Shown piece by piece: positions 10,481 to 17,785 of a stretch of 40,027 bases of DNA. This DNA is from a virus. The position numbers and the translations under genes are program-made. The notes under the pieces were generated by a model that did no database searches, had not been told where the DNA came from, and saw only the letters and a program-made list of their open reading frames with translations. Location: UHGV virus genome UHGV-0312859; one strand, 5' to 3'. How positions within the stretch are numbered: position 1 is the stretch's first letter; every line of letters starts with the position of its first letter.

Positions 10481-10844
10481 TTATTTTAATATCAAGGATT
10501 ATAACCGCATAAAAGGAAATCTGAATGAGATCCGGCGGCAGGCGCTTATCCTGTGGCCGGATTTTACGTTTGAAGATATGGGCGGGGATAAAGCCTATAC
10601 GGATTATGGCTTTTATGCAGATGAGATCAACCGGTTTGAAGCCAATGTGGAACATATCTGTGTAGGTGTGTTCCCTTTTAAGGTAGGTGAACGGAAGACG
10701 TTTTACGAGAACCAGCTTTTTATTGACTGGAAGGAACTGAACCGTATCGAAGAGGCCTGCAGACTGATGTACAGTAATATCCAGAGCCGGATCACAGGGA
10801 GGCGTAAGCTTGCATTTACCCTAAACGGAGGAGAGATATGTTAA
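10443..10844 (+). CDS. hypothetical tail/baseplate protein
   Basis: RBS AGGAGGGA 9 nt before ATG. Overlaps the upstream gene end. Confidence 0.4.
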   Translation: MWQQPKTDWQASDYFNIKDYNRIKGNLNEIRRQALILWPDFTFEDMGGDKAYTDYGFYADEINRFEANVEHICVGVFPFKVGERKTFYENQLFIDWKELNRIEEACRLMYSNIQSRITGRRKLAFTLNGGEIC

Positions 10845-11287
10845 AAACGGATTATAAAGATGCCATGTATGATGGCGCACGGAAATATAAGATCACATCG
10901 AATGCTGATGGGACTTCCGGTATTACAGATGAAACAGTCTATACGCAGGAAGGGGATCCCTTTGGGGCAAACGATATCAATTCCACAAACAAAGCTATCA
11001 ACCGTATAAATGGTGAACCTGCTAATGTAACACTTACAGCAAGCGGCTGGACGGGAGATGCAGCCCCATATAGCCAGACAGTTGAGGTAGAAGGTGTTAC
11101 AGCAGAAGATAATCCCATCTTTGTAAGTCTGCTGGAAGATGGGGCTCCTGCAGAAACCCAGAAGGCATATATGAAAGCTTTTGGTATCATCGCTTCTGGT
11201 ACGGGGACAACGGCAGCCGGCAGCGTGACTTTTAAGGTTTACAAAAAGCCGGAAACTGACATTATGATCGGGCTAAAAGGAGTGTAA
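10838..11287 (+). CDS. hypothetical structural protein
   Basis: RBS GGAGGAGA before ATG. Lies in the tail fibre region. Confidence 0.4.
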   Translation: MLKTDYKDAMYDGARKYKITSNADGTSGITDETVYTQEGDPFGANDINSTNKAINRINGEPANVTLTASGWTGDAAPYSQTVEVEGVTAEDNPIFVSLLEDGAPAETQKAYMKAFGIIASGTGTTAAGSVTFKVYKKPETDIMIGLKGV

Positions 11288-11289
11288 CA

Positions 11290-12618
11290 ATGGGAAGAGT
11301 ATTAATGACTGGCGGTGGTGGAGGTGGTGGTTCTTCTGATGACTGCACTGCTACCGCTAATGATGTTTTAAAAGGAAAAACTGCTGTTTATAACGGATCT
11401 GGTGACGAACCGCAAGAGGGTACATTAGAGTTAACTGGAGATGCAGCTGATGGATATGTTTATAGCGGAAAGACCTATTATAATACAGATGCTCGTACCA
11501 AACGTACTGGCGCAATGACAGTAGGAAGCATCTTAAATTTTAGTGCGGCAGCATACAGTGGACGGCAGGTTCTGTTAAAATGGCAGAATCCTTATGCTGC
11601 GACAGGTAAGCCGTTCGGAGGTGTATTTATTAATTATTCCACCAGTGGTTATCCGGGAACCGGCGGCACAAGAATCTATACTGGGTATGGAAACAACAAC
11701 GCATCTGGTGGCTGGTCTCAAGTAGTTGTGACACTGCCAAATCTGAATACTACTTATTATTTCAGCTGTATTGCTTATTGTCCATGCAGTGTTTGTGATA
11801 TCCTGGGGAATACAATGAATGCCTCCTGTAGGACTTCTGGAAACATCGACAAAACCATAACATGGAGTCAAAACTATACCGTTCCAGCCGGATATAATTA
11901 TGTCGATATCTTCTGTGTTGGTGGCGGTGGTGCTGGAAGAGGTGGATGGAGCGATAGTGGAGGATATCAACATACTGGAGGTGGCGGAGGTGGAGGCTAC
12001 ACATCGACAGCACTAAACATAAATGTATCGGGAGGACAGGTATTGAATTGCAGTGTTGGCGCCGGTGGTGCAGTGCTTAATAGATCTGACGTTTCAACGG
12101 GCGATAGATCTGGATCAGGCGGGACATCGAGCGTAACACGAAACGGAAGTGTTTTATGCTCAGCAGGCGGTGGTCAAGGTGGCGATGCATGGCGTTATGG
12201 CGGTAATGGCGGTTCTGGCGGTGGTGCTCCTGGACATGGTAGCGATGTAGAGAGCCATAATGGTGGAACTAACGGCGGAAATGGGGTCAATGGAACAGGA
12301 AATCAACAAAAAGGCGGAACTGGTCAGGGACGCACAACAAGACCGTGGGGCAGTAATACAGGAACGGTTTACTCTGGCGGCGGAGGCGGCGGAGGAGCGG
12401 CTAGTAATAAGGGCTATCATGGAGTTGGTGGTAATTATGGCGGCGGTAATGGTGGAATGTATAAATATGGTGACCCTGTTACAGTATTAACCGCTACAGC
12501 AGGACAAGCAAACTCTGGTGGAGGCGGTGGCGGAGGACACGGAAATTACTATTATGGAGGCGGAACTGCCGTTGGTGGAGCAGGCGGATCAGGCATCATT
12601 TTACTCCGTCTCCATTAA
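11290..12618 (+). CDS. glycine-rich tail fibre / receptor-binding candidate
   Basis: Multiple Gly runs (GGGGGGG...), resembling the glycine-rich domain of phage fibre proteins. Contains a Cys cluster CIAYCPCSVC. Sits at the tail-fibre position. Confidence 0.55.
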   Translation: MGRVLMTGGGGGGGSSDDCTATANDVLKGKTAVYNGSGDEPQEGTLELTGDAADGYVYSGKTYYNTDARTKRTGAMTVGSILNFSAAAYSGRQVLLKWQNPYAATGKPFGGVFINYSTSGYPGTGGTRIYTGYGNNNASGGWSQVVVTLPNLNTTYYFSCIAYCPCSVCDILGNTMNASCRTSGNIDKTITWSQNYTVPAGYNYVDIFCVGGGGAGRGGWSDSGGYQHTGGGGGGGYTSTALNINVSGGQVLNCSVGAGGAVLNRSDVSTGDRSGSGGTSSVTRNGSVLCSAGGGQGGDAWRYGGNGGSGGGAPGHGSDVESHNGGTNGGNGVNGTGNQQKGGTGQGRTTRPWGSNTGTVYSGGGGGGGAASNKGYHGVGGNYGGGNGGMYKYGDPVTVLTATAGQANSGGGGGGGHGNYYYGGGTAVGGAGGSGIILLRLH

Positions 12619-12632
12619 AGAAAGGATTCAAA

Positions 12633-13061
12633 ATGATTAGAGAATTTGCAAAGCCATACATCATGCTTGATGAGGATAGTAAAATTTACAATATTGAAAT
12701 GCATACAAGCTATGAAGAAGCTAACCAGTTTGCCAGAGCAGTATATGGAGATGGCGCAGCAGCCGATGAATACCGTTATCTTGTGCAGATTGGCGATATT
12801 AAAAAAGATGGCGTTTACTACAATGTTGGTGAAAACGGAGAGTTGACTGAAGCGGAATATATTCCTTCAGATGAAGAAAAAATCGGTCAGTTAGAAACAT
12901 CTAATCGTGAGTTGTCAGATCAGCTCACCGAAGCACAGTTAGCCCTTACCGAGCAGTATGAAGCTAATTTAGCACTGGAAGATGAAGTCACTAACACCCA
13001 GTTAGCATTGACTGAACTTTATGAAGCAAACCAGACCACTACAACCACAAAGGAGGCTTAA
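12633..13061 (+). CDS. hypothetical coiled-coil protein (XkdW position)
   Basis: C-terminal heptad-like repeats (QLALTEQYEANLALEDEV / QLALTELYEAN). Located after the fibre gene. Confidence 0.35.
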   Translation: MIREFAKPYIMLDEDSKIYNIEMHTSYEEANQFARAVYGDGAAADEYRYLVQIGDIKKDGVYYNVGENGELTEAEYIPSDEEKIGQLETSNRELSDQLTEAQLALTEQYEANLALEDEVTNTQLALTELYEANQTTTTTKEA

Positions 13062-13063
13062 TC

Positions 13064-13177
13064 ATGGCAAGCTACATGGCAACAGTATATGCGGACCTGA
13101 TCCGCAAGGGAAAGAAAAAAATCGAAGAGGTACCAGAGAAAATCAGAGTGGAAGTCGAGGCATTATTAAATGCTTAG
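13064..13177 (+). CDS. XkdX-like small protein (37 aa)
   Basis: Strong RBS AAGGAGG 8 nt upstream. Motif LIRKGKK...VPEKI. Paralog of the next ORF. Confidence 0.35.
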   Translation: MASYMATVYADLIRKGKKKIEEVPEKIRVEVEALLNA

Positions 13178-13217
13178 GTTGCTGCTCTTTTTATTACTGA
13201 GGAAGGAGGTGGAGACT

Positions 13218-13349
13218 ATGGCAATCATTTATGCAACCCTTATTGTTAAGGGAAAGAAAACCTACGCACAGGTACCAGAAAAGATCAAGCCACAGGTAAA
13301 GCAGGTTCTGATCGACCTGGAGTGCGAAGATCTGATCACGGAGGAGTAA
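13218..13349 (+). CDS. XkdX-like small protein paralog (43 aa)
   Basis: RBS GGAGGTGGAG. Motif LIVKGKKT..QVPEKI shared with the previous small ORF. Confidence 0.35.
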   Translation: MAIIYATLIVKGKKTYAQVPEKIKPQVKQVLIDLECEDLITEE

Positions 13350-13352
13350 GTC

Positions 13353-13694
13353 ATGGAATCAATCATGCAGTACATATCTGTGCATTGGGTTTCATGGGTG
13401 TTTGGGATCATCTCTGTATTGCTTTCCGGAGCATATCATAAATTATCCAAACAGTTAAAGGCAGAACGTGCCAGAACAAATGCTATTAACGCAGGAGTTC
13501 TGGCACTCCTCCATGACCGTCTTTACCAGGCATGTACATTTTATTTAAAAAGGAAATATTGTACCTTGGAAGACAGAGACAATCTGGAGTATATGTTCAG
13601 GCCATATAAAGCGTTGGGTGGAAATGGAACCGGAGAAGATCTTTATAACAGATGTCTGGCTTTACCATATGAGCCGGCAGAACAGGAGGTATAG
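13353..13694 (+). CDS. membrane protein, lysis-cassette associated
   Basis: N-terminal TM helix (WVSWVFGIISVLL). Located immediately before the holin. Confidence 0.4.
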   Translation: MESIMQYISVHWVSWVFGIISVLLSGAYHKLSKQLKAERARTNAINAGVLALLHDRLYQACTFYLKRKYCTLEDRDNLEYMFRPYKALGGNGTGEDLYNRCLALPYEPAEQEV

Positions 13695-13696
13695 AT

Positions 13697-13960
13697 ATGG
13701 ATTTTGGAATTGGAAGTGTAACAGCGATCACAGCAATCTGTTACCTGGGCGGCATGGCCTGCAAGGCAACTACTAAGGTCAAGGATGAGGTTATCCCGGT
13801 AGTATGCGGAGTGACCGGTGGTATCCTGGGAGTAGCAGGTATGTACCTTATGCCGGAGTTTCCAGCAACAGATGTGATCAACGCTGCAGCTATTGGCATT
13901 GTATCCGGCTTGGCTGCAACTGGAGCGCACCAGGTTATTAAACAGGTTGGAAAGATGTAA
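13697..13960 (+). CDS. holin
   Basis: 87 aa with 2-3 predicted TM helices, Gly/Ala-rich hydrophobic segments and a charged C-terminus. Lies upstream of the endolysin. Confidence 0.55.
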   Translation: MDFGIGSVTAITAICYLGGMACKATTKVKDEVIPVVCGVTGGILGVAGMYLMPEFPATDVINAAAIGIVSGLAATGAHQVIKQVGKM

Positions 13961-13973
13961 AAGGAGGTGATCC

Positions 13974-14027
13974 ATGCATCTCCCGCGGCAGCCCGGGTTA
14001 CGGCTGCCTTTTGCGACGTCGCAATAA
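13974..14027 (+). CDS. 17-aa leader-like ORF
   Basis: Strong RBS AAGGAGGTG 4 nt before ATG. The ORF spans a hairpin and the 14-bp palindrome. Could be non-coding. Confidence 0.2.
   Translation: MHLPRQPGLRLPFATSQ
13987..14013 (+). terminator. hairpin GGCAGCC-8nt-GGCTGCC followed by TTTTG
   Basis: 7-bp perfect stem with an 8-nt loop and a short T-run. Located downstream of the holin. Confidence 0.35.
14011..14024. repeat. 14-bp perfect palindrome TTGCGACGTCGCAA (copy 1)
   Basis: Exact second copy at 39741-39754. Confidence 0.8.
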
Positions 14028-14107
14028 AACAGTAGTATAAACCACACTCATATGTTATAATGCCAATGTTACCGCCTCCGACACTGGTGACAGGAAGGAG
14101 GGCATCC

Positions 14108-14197
14108 ATGATGGAAATATTATTATCTCTTATTGTTTCCATTGCGGCAGGTGTGATTAGCCATCTCATTTGCAAATGGCTGGATGGAAACAAATAG
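14108..14197 (+). CDS. 29-aa hydrophobic peptide
   Basis: RBS AGGAAGGAGGG 7 nt before ATG. Single TM-like segment. Lies between holin and lysin. Confidence 0.3.
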   Translation: MMEILLSLIVSIAAGVISHLICKWLDGNK

Positions 14198-14243
14198 TCG
14201 GTAATCAGCCTATGGTTTAAGCCACCATATCAGAACGGAATAG

Positions 14244-14280
14244 AAAACCCCAGGGATCGCGACTCCCTGGGGTTTTCGTT
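14244..14280 (+). terminator. rho-independent terminator
   Basis: Stem CCCCAGGGA / TCCCTGGGG with loop tcgcgac, followed by TTTTCGTTTG. Confidence 0.7.
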
Positions 14281-14434
14281 TGTGCTATCCATGATGGATA
14301 ACTATTATCTCTTAGCCTACCGGCATTATATCATATGCAGAAATAGTTTTCAATATACTAAAAACGCGAAATTTGACCATGTGAAACATTGCATGGTCTT
14401 TTTCCATATTATTATAAAGAAAGGGGACAAACCT

Positions 14435-15229
14435 ATGAGAGATATTACTTTATGTCATCCGCGTTTACAGAAGATAGCTGCAGCCTGGATCAAAGCTTGC
14501 GCAGTAGAAGGCATTACTGTAGCCATCAGCGAAACCTTGCGCACTGCAGCAGAACAGGATGCCCTGTATGCTCAAGGTCGTACTAAACCGGGCAATATCG
14601 TAACCAATGCAAAAGGCAGTTCCTACAAGTCACAGCACCAGTGGGGAATTGCCTTTGACTTTTACCTGAAAATGGATGTGGACGGAGACGGTAAAATTTC
14701 CGATGATGCTTACAATGACAGTAAAGGCCATTTCAAACGCGCTGCAGAGATTGGCAAAAAACTTGGCCTTGCCTGGGGTGGCGATTGGTCCAGCATTGTA
14801 GACAAACCACATCTGTATCTGCCTGACTGGGGAAGTACACCAACGCCACTCATCCAACAGTTTAAAACTCCTGAACAGTTCATGAAGACCTGGGTACCAG
14901 AGCAGGTAAAGACAGGCTGGCAGCAGGAAAATGGCGGCTGGCGCTTCTATTTAAAAGACGGTTCTGGAAAATACGTTTCCAATGACTGGTACAAAGACGG
15001 AGATAAATGGTACTGGTTTGATGGTGCCGGCATGATGGTCCATGACACCTGGTACCAGTACAAAGGTTCCTGGTATTACCTCGGCTCCGATGGTGCCATG
15101 CTCAAAGGCCTTCAGACGATCAGTGGCAAGTGGTACTACCTGGATCAGACCGGTCGCATGGCAACTGAACCAGTAGTCCTCACTCCTGATCAGGACGGCG
15201 CTCTCCACTATCTAGGCTTAGAAAAATAG
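14435..15229 (+). CDS. endolysin: M15-type peptidase domain plus choline-binding-type cell-wall repeats
   Basis: N-terminus has SETLRTAAEQDALYAQGRT...SQHQWGIAFDF (VanY/M15-like H..D). C-terminus has repeated GWxxxxGxWYY motifs. RBS AAGAAAGGGGA. Confidence 0.8.
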   Translation: MRDITLCHPRLQKIAAAWIKACAVEGITVAISETLRTAAEQDALYAQGRTKPGNIVTNAKGSSYKSQHQWGIAFDFYLKMDVDGDGKISDDAYNDSKGHFKRAAEIGKKLGLAWGGDWSSIVDKPHLYLPDWGSTPTPLIQQFKTPEQFMKTWVPEQVKTGWQQENGGWRFYLKDGSGKYVSNDWYKDGDKWYWFDGAGMMVHDTWYQYKGSWYYLGSDGAMLKGLQTISGKWYYLDQTGRMATEPVVLTPDQDGALHYLGLEK

Positions 15230-15288
15230 TTATAATAAAATATAGCCTTGTATTGAGCGAATATCCATGCTACAATCAAGGCATAAAC

Positions 15289-15326
15289 AAGAGCCTCCGG
15301 GAGCGATCCCCAGAGGCTTATTTTCA
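15289..15326. terminator. bidirectional terminator between convergent lysin and integrase genes
   Basis: Stem GAGCCTC...GAGGCT with inner GGGA/TCCC pairing. T-run TTATTTTC on the + side and a T-rich run on the minus side. Confidence 0.55.
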
Positions 15327-15366
15327 TTATAAGGTTTTGCAATATGGTGGCCCGGACTGTAAAAAC

Positions 15367-16839
15367 TTATGATGTATAGTAAAAGAACGTAAATACGCCA
15401 TTTTTTCGGTCAAAAACAATCTTCTTGAGTATCCTTCTTAGAGCATTTCCCTTATCTTCGTAACTAATTTCCGGATCAGAGATAAAATCATATACGGTAG
15501 AAATCCGCGCCAGGAGCTGCTGCTTACAGGTTGCCTGATCGGGAGCCGCAGGCTGTTCCTGATGCAGACGTTCCAGATCGGCCATGAGATTTTCACGTTC
15601 AGTCTGAAGCCGCTTTTTGTTGGTCCTATATTCTTCCAGTGTATCTACCTCATTTTCGTAGGCTTCTTTGATCCTGCGTTCTTTTGTTTCCAGATGGGAA
15701 AGCGCTTCCTGGATCAAAGTTTCTTCGCTTTGCAGAACAGCATTTGTGGGTGCTATGTATTCATAATTAATAACCTGCTCATCAATGGCAGTGCGGAGCG
15801 ACTTTAATACGGCCTGCTCTGCGATCCGGGCAGATACAGCGCAGGAGTCAGAATGAAAACCTTTGGAGTATTTCCAACACTGGAAGAAATCGGGGCGTTT
15901 CTTATTATCTTTTGTACGGTTAAAGCCAAGGCTTGCACCGCAGGTACCGCATTTTAGAAGCCCGGACAACCAATGTGCAGTGGATGATACTTCCCGGCGC
16001 TGCTTGGGGCGGTATTCCATTTTCACGCGTTCCTGGACAGACTCAAATACAGAGGTTACTGTAGGAAGAGTTTCATGGGAACCGGTGAACTGGATCCCGT
16101 TCCAGATCACCTGACCATTGTAAAATTGATTGGTCAGTATTCGGTAAATGGTCCGCCGTTCAAATGGGTTTCCACGGCGGGTAAGGTGCCCCTGCTGGTT
16201 TAAACTGCGGGCAATATAGGTCATGTCTTTCCCCTGGGAATATGCCTGGAAAATATATTCTACCAGGGGAGCTGCTTTAGGATCCAAAACGAAAGGCTTT
16301 CCTTCACCAACGGCCTGATAACCCAGACAGGGAGTTGCCTGATAACCGGATCGGAGGGCTTTTTCTGTCATTCCTCGAAGAACTTCACCGGAAAGGTTAT
16401 AAGAATAGTATTCATCAAACCATTCAATGATCGTCTCAATCAGTCGGCCAAACATACCGTCAGCAATGGGTTCGGATACGCTTTTGATCTCTACATTGCA
16501 TTTTTTGCGCAGAATGCCTTTGTAAAAGGTACTTTCTTCCTGATTGCGGGCGAACCGGGAAAATTTCCAGAGATACAGACGTTTAAATGGCGCCGGTTTC
16601 TGTGATTTAGCAATAGCGATCATGCGCTGAAATTCCGGCCGGTTACTGGCCTTTCTTCCGGAAATACCTTTATGTTCAACAAATACAAAGTCCGGCGGAA
16701 TAAAGAAACCGTCTTTTTTAGCTTCTTCCTGGATCACACGCAGCTGTGCGTCAGGTGATAATTCAGTCTGATCGTCTGTGCTTACACGGATATAGGCTGC
16801 TCCAATTTCTAATATCTGTTCAGTTTTTTTAGTGGTCAT
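15367..16839 (-). CDS. large serine recombinase (integrase)
   Basis: N-terminal resolvase motif AYIRVSTDDQ with catalytic Ser. Recombinase domain present. Zinc-ribbon CGTCGAS...C. C-terminal coiled-coil. 490 aa. Confidence 0.9.
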   Translation of the reverse strand: MTTKKTEQILEIGAAYIRVSTDDQTELSPDAQLRVIQEEAKKDGFFIPPDFVFVEHKGISGRKASNRPEFQRMIAIAKSQKPAPFKRLYLWKFSRFARNQEESTFYKGILRKKCNVEIKSVSEPIADGMFGRLIETIIEWFDEYYSYNLSGEVLRGMTEKALRSGYQATPCLGYQAVGEGKPFVLDPKAAPLVEYIFQAYSQGKDMTYIARSLNQQGHLTRRGNPFERRTIYRILTNQFYNGQVIWNGIQFTGSHETLPTVTSVFESVQERVKMEYRPKQRREVSSTAHWLSGLLKCGTCGASLGFNRTKDNKKRPDFFQCWKYSKGFHSDSCAVSARIAEQAVLKSLRTAIDEQVINYEYIAPTNAVLQSEETLIQEALSHLETKERRIKEAYENEVDTLEEYRTNKKRLQTERENLMADLERLHQEQPAAPDQATCKQQLLARISTVYDFISDPEISYEDKGNALRRILKKIVFDRKNGVFTFFYYTS

Positions 16840-16866
16840 AATATCATCTCCTGTTCTATAAGTACG

Positions 16867-16883
16867 AAAAATGGGTACAAAAA
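16867..16883 (-). repeat. 17-nt motif TTTTTGTACCCATTTTT (minus-strand copy)
   Basis: Exact reverse complement of 39311-39327. Follows a hairpin and sits about 25 nt upstream of the int start. Confidence 0.8.
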
Positions 16884-16884
16884 A

Positions 16885-16905
16885 GACGCCCCTTGCGCAG
16901 ACGTC
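16885..16905 (-). terminator. hairpin GACGTC-9nt-GGCGTC followed by a T-run (minus strand)
   Basis: Read on the minus strand: GACGTCTGCGCAAGGGGCGTC followed by TTTTTT. Confidence 0.4.
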
Positions 16906-17028
16906 CTGGAGATGATATAATTCAGGTGTTGAGACTGATTATATCTTTCCGGGGGTCCGGCAAGAGAAAATCTATGTAAGAGGCCGTTCCTGTTGGCGCA
17001 GGGGCGGTCTCTTGCGTTTTATGACATT

Positions 17029-17655
17029 TTAACCTATGTTTAATGTAACTGTTTGAGTATTTGGATTATTCCAGCTAAAAAGTTCTTTAATTTCTAATGT
17101 TAAAGGTGTTTTATCTTTGATACGATAAGCTTTTCCTACCTTTATGGTAGTTCCCTGAGTAACTTTCTTTGAATAATTATCTAATGCCTCATCACGATCA
17201 TCATATGAAAGCCATGTGGTATCACATTCAATACCATTTTGAAATGCTGTAATGTAATAATCAGCTAAGAGTGCGCTCTGGGATTCAGATTTTTTATTTG
17301 TAAAATCATAATACAGTATAACGCAGCTATAACCATCGTAGTCAGATGCAAGTTTCCAACCGGTATAAGTAATTTTGGCATCATCTGTATCAAAATTAAA
17401 AAGTGGGGTTATCAATGCACCACTGGCATCGACTTTCTGACCGTCAGGGGTAGTGGTGTTGGTTAAAATGTAACCGTTATTATCAAAATAATATTGTTTT
17501 CCATTTATTTCTTTCCAGGTGTTTGTTGGATAACTTCCATCATCATTTTGGTACCACCAACCAGAAGTATCCTGTTTCCATTCTCCTGCAAAGGAGGTCA
17601 TAGAAAGGACAGCAGATGCAACGCTGACAGCGAAAAATAACTTTACTTTCTTCAT
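17029..17655 (-). CDS. secreted protein with cell-wall-binding repeats and a C-terminal Ig-like domain (moron)
   Basis: Signal peptide MKKVKLFFAVSVASAVLSMTSFA. Repeats GWWYQNDDGSY / GKQYYFDNNGY of choline-binding type. Located between int and ImmA. Confidence 0.55.
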   Translation of the reverse strand: MKKVKLFFAVSVASAVLSMTSFAGEWKQDTSGWWYQNDDGSYPTNTWKEINGKQYYFDNNGYILTNTTTPDGQKVDASGALITPLFNFDTDDAKITYTGWKLASDYDGYSCVILYYDFTNKKSESQSALLADYYITAFQNGIECDTTWLSYDDRDEALDNYSKKVTQGTTIKVGKAYRIKDKTPLTLEIKELFSWNNPNTQTVTLNIG

Positions 17656-17785
17656 ACTCTTTTCCTCTTTTCTTTTGTTTTATTAAAATGCCATAGGCTA
17701 TTTTAACCTTAATTCAATAAGTTCTTTCTGATATCCCAAAATTCGTGAAAGCTGATCTAACAGTACTATTATTTAACCTTCCCAA

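Noticed and set aside
11290-12618. Highly repetitive GGTGG/GGCGG tracts that could superficially suggest a repeat array
   Set aside because: They are in-frame glycine codon runs of a glycine-rich fibre protein. There are no spacer-repeat periodicity and no cas genes, so this is not a CRISPR.
15250-15278. Promoter-like TTGTAT-17-TACAAT on the plus strand firing toward the int 3' end (possible antisense RNA)
   Set aside because: The two hexamers are the arms of an imperfect inverted repeat and are followed immediately by a terminator. More parsimoniously part of an att-like or terminator structure than a functional promoter.
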